Positions 26,649 to 38,924 of a stretch of 64,000 nucleotides of DNA are shown piece by piece. The position numbers were made by a program, and so were the translations under genes. The DNA lies in assembly GCA_965649765.1 (NCBI GenBank), contig OZ287759.1, forward strand, positions 37,510,001 through 37,574,000, written 5' to 3'. Numbering within the stretch: position 1 is the first letter of the stretch; every line of letters begins with the position of its first letter. Below the pieces are notes generated by a model. The model ran no database searches and was not told where the DNA came from. It saw only the letters and a program-made list of their open reading frames with translations. The stretch comes from Bispira polyomma. Lineage: Eukaryota.

Positions 26649-28000
26649 ATTAACACTGTGAAACACTGGTTTAAAATTAAAGTAATAACACGGCTAGTTC
26701 TTCCCAAAATGACATTAAATTTCCTGTGGCACCAACTGGGAGAATAGTTCAACTACCGAGCAATCTTGATGTTAACTTAATCCAAGTTCTTATCACAAAC
26801 ATAATGTTCTTTCACAGAATAAAATTTAACACATGCTTCCCAGTTGGTGCCTTCGTCGAACTGCGATGAGGCACGCGCTTTACTACAGTACTCGGTGCGT
26901 TGTCCCTGACCTTACATCACTGAACTCGTTTGCTACCTTCTTACGTCATCGCAAACCTACTAAGTTCACACAGTGTCATCTTATTTTAAATAAAGGAATT
27001 CGTAAAATATATACTGCAGCACAATTTAGTAGTATACATGCAACTTCATTGTGATTAATAAAGGAATAATTTAAGTTATTTCATTTTCGTAACACCGCCA
27101 TTCTTTAAAGTTTGAAAGGTTTGTTTACTCGTCAACGGAAACGGAACTACGGTCGTGCGCGTGCGCTCTTCGGAACTGTGATCTCGTGTATTGATCTTAA
27201 ATTTTTCCTTGGATTGACCTTTCTACGAATCGGCTAAGCTCCGCCCACTTTTTGAAAGTCTCGCAAACAAAGCCTACAAAATGGTGGATTGGACTCGTTT
27301 TTTAAACTGGTTAATCAACAGCAGTTGTTTAATGAAAGAAGTAATAAATGCAATGAGAATAAAAATCAATTCTGCAATAAATATTTAATCAAATTAATAT
27401 TACACAAATAAATAACAAAGTAGTATAGTGAATATTTACAGTTGTCCCTAATTTCGCCCATTTTCGGACTTAGTAAATTGAACCAAAATCAAGGAAACAG
27501 TTCCTGTGTGGCTCTATAAAATTGTTTCTGTCCATATAAATTACTGGGAGTTAAGATATAGGTAATTTTTAAAATTATGTATTATATTATATTCCTATTT
27601 TTTGCAAATGATCCCCATAGATAGGACTGCAAATATTGATGGACATGTGGCCATATTACAAAAAAATTGGCCGTCTGGGTTGAAATTTCAGGGTGTATAA
27701 TTTAATAGCAGCGTCTAAATTATGTTCTGTTATTTGTAGTAATTTATACACTGTTTTTGCTTACTAGCAACCCCAATTTTAAGTTGGAAATTAGGAAAAA
27801 AATAGCAATTTTAAGTTTGTATTTGCCGAAAGGTGGATTAAAAACTGCTGTTTTGGGGGTCATAAAGCATTATAAATGTAAATGTATCACTTTCTAGCAA
27901 GGAATTTGCTTAATGAAGGTAATTTATAGCAGTTTTGAAGTAAAATATACAGTGTGACGGTAATCGCAAGCTGTTTTTCGCCAGTTTTTTTATAAATTTA

Positions 28001-28129
28001 NNNNNNNNNNNNNNNNNNNNNNNNNNNNNNNNNNNNNNNNNNNNNNNNNNNNNNNNNNNNNNNNNNNNNNNNNNNNNNNNNNNNNNNNNNNNNNNNNNNN
28101 NNNNNNNNNNNNNNNNNNNNNNNNNNNNN
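28001..28129. other. Assembly gap
   Basis: Run of N. Confidence 1.
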
Positions 28130-29765
28130 AATTTGGTAAATATGTAGATGATAGCAAAAGTTGAATTTATTTAATTACTGTGTCGATAGGAGTGACAGTT
28201 GCCTAAATTACTGTACAATTAGCGGTGGATATTGGAAAGATGACTGCCGATAGATCACTGTATTATTAGCAGCGGTGAACATGTAAATACTGTATCGAGA
28301 ACAGTTTTAGTTTTATGTAGCACTGTGTCGATAGCGGTAAAACTAATATAAATTGTAGTAAATCATTCTAATAGAACTTTATAGAAGTACAGAATTTGTT
28401 AAATTACTGTGTCAATAATATTGACAGTGGCTTTTCGCCATATTTAATCTATTGTTGAAGGTTGTGAAATTTAAAGTATTAAAGTAAAATACTTTAGTTT
28501 GCAATTATTAATTTTTCTTATAAATCTTGTATGGCCTTTTTCTCTGAACCAGTTAAGTTTATAATTAGAACAAATAATACCCAGGGTGTTTTTTTATTTA
28601 TTTTTTATTTAGGATTATTCAACATCAAACCACAATTTGACAAAGAAATAGATTGGTCAGTATTTCATAATTGATGAAACCGTGGGAATTCCCGAAGAAA
28701 AAGGAAGTTGCATCATGGTAATACTGAAGATGTAACAGTCGAGCACATTTCCAGATGATTGATGGATGATTCATCAACACAGATCAAAACATTAAAGAAC
28801 CTCCTATCATAAAATAATAAAAGCTTTTGTAAATCTATGAATAAAATATCAATCATGTGAAATATGTTTAATTTTTACTGTATATATTATTTTTACTAAA
28901 CCCCAGAGGATATAACAGCTCTGTGATCCATGGGCATGTACCTGCTCTGTGATCCATGGGCATGTACCTGATTGGCAGTCATGGGTTTGAATCTCAGGCA
29001 TAACATATTTTTAGGAAAGTTTAAGTCGACTTGGCGAAACTTCATTGAATTTGTCTGGACAGTTGTTAAGCCAGAATGTGTCCGAAGGATAATGTCATCT
29101 GGGTTCAAATCCCAGGGTAGATTACTATGATTATTACTTTGCTCTCAGGTCTTTGAACTCTGGGTTCAATTCCCAGCAGGATTTTATCAATGAACCCTGG
29201 ATGGTCAAGTTCAAACTTGTAGACTTCACTCAGTGGGATATTTAATTAAATATTAGGTAAAAGGCAAAAATTAAAAGAAAAAGTAAGCCAAATCAATCCA
29301 AAGATAGTTATTGAAAAAGTTGTAAAACTCAAACAGAATTTAAATTAAGATGGTTGTACAGGTTTTTTACAGTGGTGTTAGATAAATATCAGTTTCTTTG
29401 TGCATTGCCACAAAAAATGAACATTTTGCAATGTAATTTTAAAAAATAGAAAAACGTAAACTCTGTCAAATATTTTTTGAAACAGTTTACAAGGAAATAT
29501 TGTACTCCGAATAGCTTTTAAGAGCAACATTTATCTGCAAAATAAATTAAAACTTTTGTTAAATTACCAAAGAGTGGACCAACGGTGGCCCAACATAAGA
29601 TGAAGTTACATCATACACAGATGTAACCTGGTGAACCAACGTTGGCCCAACACTAAAAAATACATTGCAACCAACCGCTCGTTGCCAACGTTGGCCCAAC
29701 ATAGTGATGCTATCTGGGAATTTGTCGGTCAATATAAAATACAGTTGTAGTTTAAACCAGAATAG

Positions 29766-29960
29766 GGGATTCGGTGGTGTAGTGGTAACAAACTAGCCTC
29801 ATACAACTGCAGTGGTAGGTTTAAACCTTGGTCCTGGCATCTATATGGAATATTGCCAGTACACTTGCTGAAGGCTGGTGGTTTGCAGAGCAGAAAACCT
29901 TAACCAATTATCTTCTTATTGGATTTCGTACAATAGTTTAATAAACTGTCAGTCTTGATA
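29766..29960 (+). mobile_element. tRNA-derived SINE, diverged
   Basis: A box TGGTGTAGTGG, degenerate B box GGTTTAAACC, core TTGCCAGTACACTTGCTGAAGGCTGGTGGTTT. Confidence 0.75.
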
Positions 29961-30008
29961 TCACAAAAAATGTTTTAATTTGATACAAAATAATATTTAC
30001 ATAATTAA

Positions 30009-30272
30009 CCCTTTCGACCCTAGGTTGTTGACCATCAGTTCACAACATTTGTCACTAACAGAAGTTATGACTGTCCACATGCAATCGACATCACCAAAAA
30101 TATTTTCTTTATTTTCCTTCAGTTTATTGCAATAGGAAATGGTTAGTAAGCAAAATCAGTGAATCACGTTAAAAAATCTGTAATGTGTCTTGTGACTTTA
30201 GCTGTCTTTAATCTATAACACAAGAAATATTCTCCAGTTCTCTATGAGAGTTTTCTGTTTGCGTCTAAAGGG
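30009..30272. mobile_element. piggyBac-like MITE (264 bp)
   Basis: TTAA|CCCTTTCGAC ... GTCTAAAGGG|TTAA. Confidence 0.8.
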
Positions 30273-32475
30273 TTAAGAAAGTTACGAGGGCTGCTTGGTC
30301 AGTTTCTACTAGCAAGGTGTCAAAGTATGCATTCTATATAGTCCTGTTATATTACAGAATCAAAGAATCTTTTGTCACGATAACAAATATATTATTATAA
30401 GTAACATCTAAAAAGATGACAATAATTTAGGGCAAGTTATTTGTTTGCTATTTTAAAAGCAAATAGGTTAAACTATTATCGTAGAGAACACCGAGAAGTA
30501 GCAACTTCCATCTGAGGATATTTAACTGTTTTCTGACTTTTGCCTCAGCAAAAACCACCAACATATATTACCTTAAATTTACACATATACCTTGGAAGGA
30601 AGCAATAAATGAAAATCTCAGAAAACAGCAATATTAAACTTGTATTCCGTTAGTGTATGAATTCAAATAAAGCAATTAACAGAACTTCATGGAAAATATT
30701 AAAGCAAATATGTGTTCATACTACATATGATATTCGGTTCTGTGTTACAGTGTTTTTATGATAAAATTTATATATTGATGCTGTGACACTGTGACAGGAG
30801 AATAAATTCTTTAAAAATAATATCGGCCTATCATATGTACTATCTCCGACATCTATGATTTTTTACATACATCAGAGAATTATACAACAGTACTAGTAAT
30901 ATATTTCCGAAAGATTTTTCAACACAAAATTTAATAACTATGGCCAATGGCCAAGGATTTTATAATTACTTACTAGCTGGGTAGAAGATATATTTACAAA
31001 TGAAAATGTCTTCAATTAATACTCACCAGCAAGATGGTGCAGTACATCTGTTGCATCCATTTATTTTTTTAGGCTTATCCTTATTTTAAATGAACAGTAA
31101 GTGTCAAATAAATCAAATGTACTTGAAGAACTGATTGCCTTAAGTCACAGCAAATAGATCTGGTATATATATATTTTCCAACCAGAGCTAAAAGCTTGAC
31201 CAAAGTTTAATTCACACCTCTTTTTTTTACTTTTTCTATTTTATTGGTATTATTATATCTGGTATTTAATCTATATCTCATACTGCAGTACATAAATACA
31301 GTGGTTTAATTCAGTAGTGCATATTACGGTCAATTTTCATGATATAACTGCTCTATGTACCCAGGCAATATAGGTATCAAATAAGAGTTAATTTTTAGTA
31401 GAATTTAATCAAATACAGCATTATTTATTTGAACCATATTTTAGTACGAAATTGATAAAAAACAATTGCCAACCCATAACCAGGAAGTAAATAAAAAATG
31501 TAAACAAACACCATATGATACATAACATATGCTGTCACCTTTAACAAACCATCACATTATATTTCAAATAATTAATATCAAATAAATATAGCAAAAACGC
31601 TAATTATATATCCTCTAATAAATCATATTTTTCAATTATATGTATTTACATTTCACGGCTACCATTGTTTGTTTGTGAGACAATATGGCGGCCGTTTTTG
31701 AACTGATAGAAAGGAGGAATTTCATTGGCTGTCGCCATTGGTTTGATTGACAACGGGGAAAGGTCAATTACAACTGTTTCTATATCTACAAAAATTATGA
31801 TAGTTTTTCTGGAAGCTCGAATTTACCCATACTGGTGAAGGAAAATATTATACCTATAAATATATATTCTATTATTGGCCTGCATGTATTTTTAAAATTA
31901 AATTATCTGTACTTCTCTTTTCGATTATTTTAAGATAATAACTAGTGGTGTGTAAGTTTACTTTATATACATATGATAACACACCATTGCCTACTGACAA
32001 TCAATGTTTTTTGAAGAACAACATGATACATGTTGTATTATAATTGTAATGAAACAATCTAGTACACAGTGTTTTTTTGTCAATATTTCAGCCACAAAAC
32101 TTTTTTCAAAAAGTTTAATGATACACAGCACAAGGTTTATAGACGTGCAAGATACAAAAATCCCCCCAAAAGTAAAAAGAAGACCGATATTTGTTTATTT
32201 TAGACACCCACTTTCCTGATGTGACACAATATATATGGGCCGATCTAAGATGATCTGACATTGCATTAACCATACCTTTCAGATGTTCAGCTTTTAAAAA
32301 CGAAAAGAAGTGTTTAAACAGAAATAAATAGTTTTAATTTTTAATCTAATGTTCTGTATGTTCGGGATAATATATTACACCATATTGTTGTAGTTTTCTC
32401 TAGACATGCTGTCCACACATGTGATTTATGGATAAATTTCTTGATTAAAGTGGTTTAATTATTCAGTTTGATATA

Positions 32476-32652
32476 CAGTCAAACCTGCTCGAGAGGCCAC
32501 CATTATAGAGAGACCACCCCTGCATAAAGACCACACTTTTATTTTCTGAGACTAATGTTTAACTACATTAAACCTCTCTATTTATGGACCACCTGTCAAT
32601 AGAGACCTTGTTGGAGGGTATCCTGAGTGGTCTTTATATACAAATTTCACTG
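32476..32652. mobile_element. Tc1/mariner (pogo/Tigger-like) MITE
   Basis: TA|CAGTCAAACCTG ... CAAATTTCACTG|TA with internal AGAGACCACC repeats. Related CAGTAAAACCTC-type remnants at ~512-550, 4516-4651 and ~5000-5022. Confidence 0.7.
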
Positions 32653-33229
32653 TATAAATACATCATAGTTAAAAAGTATATTATGCAGATACAAAGTTTA
32701 GCTTTATATCATGATATATATTATATTATTATATGACATTTCGTGTAAAATCAACCCATATTATGTGTAGTGAACCCTATTTTGTCACCCTGTGCAGGTA
32801 TATCAGTAAAATGACAACAAAAGACTGATGGTAGTTTATGGAAGTGAAGAGGAACCGTTAATATTGTTTGGTAGATTTAAAGAAAATCAGTGTATTTTTT
32901 GTAATAATGTCAACACACACATTTGCTACCCATTACCTTTATCCTTCTACTAATATGACTAATCTTGGACACATTGACGTCTGCCGTGGCCAACTGAGAA
33001 ACGAAGACATAATGGACAAGAACCAACAGCCATTATTACATCACAAATCGCAATGAACATTCCCAAACATTTCAAAACTTTTGTGACGGCGCGACTAATG
33101 CTCATTGATATCAACGAACAGTTCCAAAGCACTGCTTATATAGACAAATCTGAAACAAAGATGAAACCTACCGTCACTGATGGTTACAACAATGTCCGTG
33201 GTGCATTTGTGATTGCCATCCATGTAAAT

Positions 33230-33432
33230 GAGGCCTAGGTATTAGATTCACAAGCACTGGCTTCTCACCTCTCACCAATGCTGGTGTGAATCCCTTCTAT
33301 TTCTTCATGGGGAAAAGTTTGTCAGGTACTTGCTGTAGGTCGGTAGTTTTAGCACTATAGTTTCTTTCACCATTAAATCTAGCTGTCGTAATATGAGCTA
33401 AGCTATTAAAAACAACATAAAATCCAACTAAA
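33230..33432 (+). mobile_element. tRNA-derived SINE, diverged
   Basis: Core GAAAAGTTTGTCAGGTACTTGCTGTAGGTCGGT and tail shared with 7716-7940. Confidence 0.7.
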
Positions 33433-35164
33433 TCCAAAAATTCAAACTTGTGTTCAACATTTAAGGAATAACACATGACTATGACATGATAGGCTTCATG
33501 ATAGGCTTCATGATAGGCTTCGCCTTCGTCTTACTATGCCACCAATTATGGTAATTTGTATATCATAGGTTTAGAATGTGCTAATCCGATTCTAATTAAT
33601 ATCACATATTAAAATAATTCCTGCTGTATTATACTATTTATTGAAGGAACTATATACACTAGACTTTAAGTGCACTACAGATAAAATTAGTCTGTTTATA
33701 TGGTGAATTTTACCTTGACGTTCAGCCCATCAGAATTGCTGACACAGCCAGTCCAATGGTGGTGTGAAAAGTTATAAGTTAATAAGTAAGTTTATTATAA
33801 GACAGTAAAAGATTGCATTTGAGGTTTTTATTTACATGTTAGCTTATGTACAGGTTGACAATCAAAGTCAGTTAAAATTTCAGGATGGAATTTTAAGCCC
33901 CATCACGGCTACCATAAAATACAGCCGGGTCAAAAATAAAAACCCATAACAAAGCTAATAATAAGCTAAGAGACAATCACAAATATAAAGAATAGTGTAA
34001 ACCCCTCAGTCACACCAGACTTTGGATTAGAACCAATAAAATAACCTCAAAAGAGGAAAATACATTTAAATACATTGATTACTATAAACATGACTATCAT
34101 TAACATCACCTTCAACTAGTTCATTGTGTGAATAATGTACTGTAATATACAACAAAGTTACTTTTGGTGACTAAGATACTAAGAACAATTTCAGGGGATA
34201 AACTTCCCTGTTTACTGTAAATTCTGACATGTATTTGTGATACATGGTTACTAATTGACGCTAGGTGATCGTGTACAAAAAGGTGCCCTTGTGGGGACCA
34301 CACGTGTACCCAAGTTATCGTCATTGTGTCTAAATTGGTACGTTGTGTTACTTATTCAACAAGTGGTATTAACTAGCTCAGTAAGCGTCCCTTGGATCGT
34401 TAACTTGAGTCATATGAAGCTGACCACTCTAATGTCGCGTATGTTATAACCCCATATGAGTCAATGTTCAACTATGCTTATAAATTGCAAATAAGTCCAT
34501 GCAAGAGAGAACATGCAATGTAGTAACAGCAGGACCCCGGACCTTGGACACCAACCGCCTAGCAGGGTGAAGTCCAACCTCTCAGAGCCCCTTATTCCAC
34601 TCTGGAACCCCAGTGGTGAACTCAGAGGAGGGAGTAAGAAGGAAGGACCCCAGACCCACACGGCCCGGAGCCCGGCCGCCCCGTTGCCGTCAAACCTGCC
34701 TGGATAACCTTATGCATCAGAGAACCTTAAAAATTTCTATAAATCCTTAATAACGCTGTGGTAAGGGGACGTGGTGGGTTTCAATTTTCTAAATATCCTG
34801 TTCACAGGTGAAAACACAAATTCAATATGGAGGATAGCTATCCTAGCTTAGGGGTCACTAATAGCTAATGCTGTGATTGGACAAGGCCCAGATGGACAGA
34901 AAGTTGGATAATGCTATTGCATTCGCTAGGGATTAAGGTAGTGTGATATAAAAAGGAGGTTGGACTGATCTAGCAGTCCCCTGGGGTGGACTTGCTATGC
35001 ACAGTCCAATGGTGGTGTGAAAAGTTATAAGTTAATAAGTAAGTTTATTATAAGACAGTAAAAGATTGCATTTGAGGTTTTTATTTACATGTTAGCTTAT
35101 GTACAGGTTGACAATCAAAGTCAGTTAAAATTTCAGGATGGAATTTTAAGCCCCAAGCCCAACT

Positions 35165-36127
35165 AAGAAGGAGGGATAGCCGCAGCAAAGGTGACAGGCA
35201 CCACTGAAGCAGCTTGGGAGGTCTTCTGTAGGTAGGTCCATACAGCTGAAGACCTCCACAGGCCATGGGACATAATATTCTGCAGTGATACGTTTTTATT
35301 GAAAGCAAATGAGCCCCCGACCTCCTAAATGTGTGGAACCCGTGTGAATGGTATGGAATGCCTATGTGTTCTAAGACTCTCTGTAATGCGACTCTCACAT
35401 GTGTCTCTATGACTGGGTAAAATGGTGGTGAGTTAACTGTAAACAGTGGTGCAGATGGAGGGAGAGGCCTAGACAAGATAAGCTGCTGTATAGCCCTTAC
35501 TGGACATAAAATTTGGTTTTTAAGTGCAGGAATTTGTATAATGTGGGAGTCTGATCTGTTTTGAAGGTTCTTAGCCCATTTCAAGATGACATGGGCCCCA
35601 GGAGGGGCAAAGATAATATCCTGTCTAAGAAAGTGCCTAGATGTGTCAAACGCTGCCCTAGAGTGAGAAGCCAGATTGGAAAGTCTCAAGAAGCCGAAAA
35701 AGGCTAGAAGGAAAATAGCCCTAAAAAGTACTGGATCCTGCAATATCTGACAAGCTTGGGATATCTGTGTTAACTGATGTATATCAAACAATCCCTTAGG
35801 TCTAGGCCTGAAAGTAGAGTTGATGGTAATGCTTCTCGTAAATAAAGAAACAGAGTTATGTGTAAAAGGAGCTGTTAAATTTGTTAGCCATAAATTTAAG
35901 TGATGAGAGGTAATTGGCAATGACAGCCGGTGAAAGGCTATTCTGTGCTAAGTATTCTAAGAAAGCCAGAACTGATGAAACATTAATGTGTTTAATGCCA
36001 GCAACATGTAAGAAAGCTAAAAATGTCTTGAATTGGTTACTGTAAGCTGTAGTGGTCTTTGGTCGCAGTGCCAAGTCTATTCTGTTGCAGGCTGATTGAA
36101 CAAGTGTATGAGTGGAACTGGCAGAAC
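35165..36127 (-). pseudogene. Tyrosine recombinase of element 2 (frameshifts near 35880 and 35312)
   Basis: FFGFLRLSNLA, KWAKN and HTFRRSGA, then HGLWRSSAVWTYLQ in the shifted frame. The C-terminal boundary is approximate. Confidence 0.9.
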
Positions 36128-36133
36128 CTGAAA

Positions 36134-37777
36134 TTACACAGATAAGGCAAGGTCAAAGTACCTTATAGGGACCTCATTCCATTTATAACAATTTTGTAAT
36201 TTAACAGTTAGCTCTGCAGTAGGAGGTTTATCTGAAAATAGTCTAGAAAGCGCATCTGCAATCACATTATTTTTCCCTGGAATGTGTTGTATGTCAATTG
36301 TGATGTCATGTGTGGCTGCACGCAGCCAGATATTCCTCAAACATGAGGCCAGAAAGTCATCCTTAGTTTTTTGTGAATTCACAACCAGTACTACGGCCAT
36401 GTTGTCACAGTGAAACAAAACCCGTTGATGCGCCCACTTTAACGCCCATACACGCAACGCGAGAATGATATTCAGCATCTCTAAGTGAACTATTGTCAAC
36501 TCTCTGCCAAAAACATTGAAATATGGTGTAGCGTACACCTCATCTTTCCACACGCCTCCTAAACCGGTAAGGCAAGCGTCTAAATGTAACTCACTCATGT
36601 TTTGAATCATAGGATGGTCAATGAAAGTTACTCCGTTAAATGTCTGTAAGAACTGCTTGAACCATGCTAAGTCGTTCCGCATGTCTTGAGAAATAGCAAA
36701 TTTCTTCTTACCCTCGTTGTTTCTAAATGCGTGAAGCAGTCTATTAATAAAAGTGCGTGCCGGCTTGACGCATTTGTGCACATACAGAAGTTTCCCTAAG
36801 AGAGACTGAAACCGGCTACGCGTTATGAAGCGCCTGTTAAACACGTCGCATACACAATCAAGAATCTCTTCTATTTTCCCATACTGGATGCTAATAGTAC
36901 CAGCGACAGTGTCAATGTTAATACCCAAACAAGTAATGCTAGTACTAGGTGGGGTGCGTTTGTTGGCATTCATGGGGAGACCTAAATAGTCTAGCAGTTC
37001 GGTCAAAATCTGAAAACCCCTGTGAGCCTCTACTCTATTGGAGACGCAAATGTAATCGTCGATGTAGCAGAACATATTGAAACCGTTTTTGCGCATATAT
37101 GACGCTATTGCGTCAGAGCAGCGTTGAAACACCGCGCTGCCATGAATCCAGCCAAACGCCACCGCAGGATCTATGTAACTACCCTCTTCAAACTGGATTC
37201 CTAATTTTACAGCGTCGACAGGATCTACACGCAAATTACGGAAAGCGCGAGCTACGTCGATTTTAAACAATACCGGATCATCTGTGACTTTGACCGCACT
37301 AGTAATATCATCGATTGTAGGAAATTTCAGAATAAATTTTTTCCCATCAAACATATTCTTATCAACATTCTCATTAAGCGAATTGCCTTGTGGGTATGAG
37401 AGGTTAAGAATTACCCTATGACTAGTAATGTCCTTGGGACGTGTGAGAAGTGGTGAACAATGGTAATGTGAGGAGCTAACCTCCTTCACTGGGCCCAACA
37501 TGGCACCCTTATTACTTTCTTTAACCAGATATTCTCTCACACTACTTGTGTGTTGGAGGGCAGAATAATGATTGGTAACAGAGGCATTGTTAAGCATTTC
37601 TGGATTGGTGAGAGAAAGAGGAAAGCCGAATCTAATGTACTGACACAGCAACTGATCAGGATAATCTTGGAAAACTTCATCCCATGCATCTGGATTAAGT
37701 CCTGACACCAGGGGAACCCTTGCTTGTCTATAATTGGGAAGTGCAGTGTCTCTGATCACAGAAGCCACTTGCAGCAT
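36134..37777 (-). CDS. RT + RNase H of element 2 (547-aa open frame)
   Basis: RVILNLSYP, KIDVARAFRNL, AFGW, YIDD, LDACL, HLEMLN, HCDN, NVIADALSR. Confidence 0.95.
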   Translation of the reverse strand: MLQVASVIRDTALPNYRQARVPLVSGLNPDAWDEVFQDYPDQLLCQYIRFGFPLSLTNPEMLNNASVTNHYSALQHTSSVREYLVKESNKGAMLGPVKEVSSSHYHCSPLLTRPKDITSHRVILNLSYPQGNSLNENVDKNMFDGKKFILKFPTIDDITSAVKVTDDPVLFKIDVARAFRNLRVDPVDAVKLGIQFEEGSYIDPAVAFGWIHGSAVFQRCSDAIASYMRKNGFNMFCYIDDYICVSNRVEAHRGFQILTELLDYLGLPMNANKRTPPSTSITCLGINIDTVAGTISIQYGKIEEILDCVCDVFNRRFITRSRFQSLLGKLLYVHKCVKPARTFINRLLHAFRNNEGKKKFAISQDMRNDLAWFKQFLQTFNGVTFIDHPMIQNMSELHLDACLTGLGGVWKDEVYATPYFNVFGRELTIVHLEMLNIILALRVWALKWAHQRVLFHCDNMAVVLVVNSQKTKDDFLASCLRNIWLRAATHDITIDIQHIPGKNNVIADALSRLFSDKPPTAELTVKLQNCYKWNEVPIRYFDLALSV

Positions 37778-37818
37778 GTCTTCTACTGTTTCAATTCTCT
37801 TAACAGGTTTGTCAGGAC

Positions 37819-38863
37819 CTATGAATGTGAATGCTGTTGAGAAAGTGCCAAGAAACCCATGGTTTTCTCGGGGTCATTAAAGTCCTTAGTTTCTTTGTAC
37901 AAATCCTTGTTTGCTCGAACACTATCAACCATTTGAGTGAATTCATTGCTCGACGAGTTCATGTATATTTTATCACAAATCAGACTGTTTACAGTCTCAC
38001 TTGGTTTTTGTGTACTTACATTTGACAAGTCTGCACAATTGTCTGACTTATGGCAATTGTCAGGTGTTTCGTCTTCACTGTCACTAATAAGTGCATCTAC
38101 TAACCGGGTCATGTATTCAGTATAATCAAAACCCAACTGCTTGAAACAGGCATTATCTCTTTCGAAATAATAAAATGTATCAGCAGCTTGCTTGATCACA
38201 GCCTGTAGTATTACTGGTAGTATTTAAAGAAACAGCCTGAACCTGGATTATGGTTTGAAAGGTTTGAAAAATACAAAGGTTTTGGCTAGGTGGAAATTCA
38301 ACACGAGCATATACACACTTGGCAGCAGTCACGTCATGAAACATGTGGAAATAACCTGAGAATTTTCCATCCCTATCCCTAATGTAAACAATTGGGGCCA
38401 AATTTTGAATTTCCCCACAAAAAGTTTTCCAATTGGTAACTGATACCTGACACGTGTGTGCCTCTTTGTTCCAAGCTGGTGAATTAGCATAGTGACTGCT
38501 CCCATTTGAAATGCAGGCCTCAGTGCTCCTGTCCCATCTATGGTGACCCGACTGGGTCCTGCTCTGAAATTGAATACATTCATTTACATTCTTGGTTTCA
38601 TACTGGTAGTTGTCGCCAGCATCTACTGAAACTGCAAAATTATTAAAGACATCATTATCAACAAAGTTCACCTTTATATCAGTGTTGAATACATTATTGA
38701 CAAACCTTGTACTATCTGACATTATCATCTGCTGATAATCATTACTGTTGGAACTTTGCACAATTGTATTAATTTCAGACATGCTTCTGTCGCAATAACC
38801 TAATTCACTGTTTTTGTCCTTTATATTAAACTCTTTTACAAATTTACTGTTACCGTTCATCAT
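37819..38863 (-). pseudogene. Probable N-terminal extension of element 2 pol (227-aa and 126-aa overlapping ORFs)
   Basis: The ORFs overlap near 38190 and join the RT frame by a one-base shift near 37835 (MGFLALS.. / AFTFIGPDKPV), matching YGYLPLS..PIDRAV in element 1. Confidence 0.6.
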
Positions 38864-38924
38864 TGAATTACCCTTATCACTACCTAATGTTCGTCCAACT
38901 GGTTGTGAATCGTGGCCCTAGATG

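Larger units (their letters stand above)
20530..26700 (-). mobile_element. Ngaro-type tyrosine-recombinase retrotransposon (DIRS order), element 1; terminal repeats not found
   Basis: gag, RT/RNase H and YR in that order on the minus strand, with no methyltransferase domain after RNase H. Proteins are homologous to element 2. Boundaries are approximate. Confidence 0.9.

Noticed and set aside
31653-33915. 13-bp match TCACGGCTACCAT at 31653 and 33903
   Set aside because: Matches of this length are expected by chance in 64 kb.
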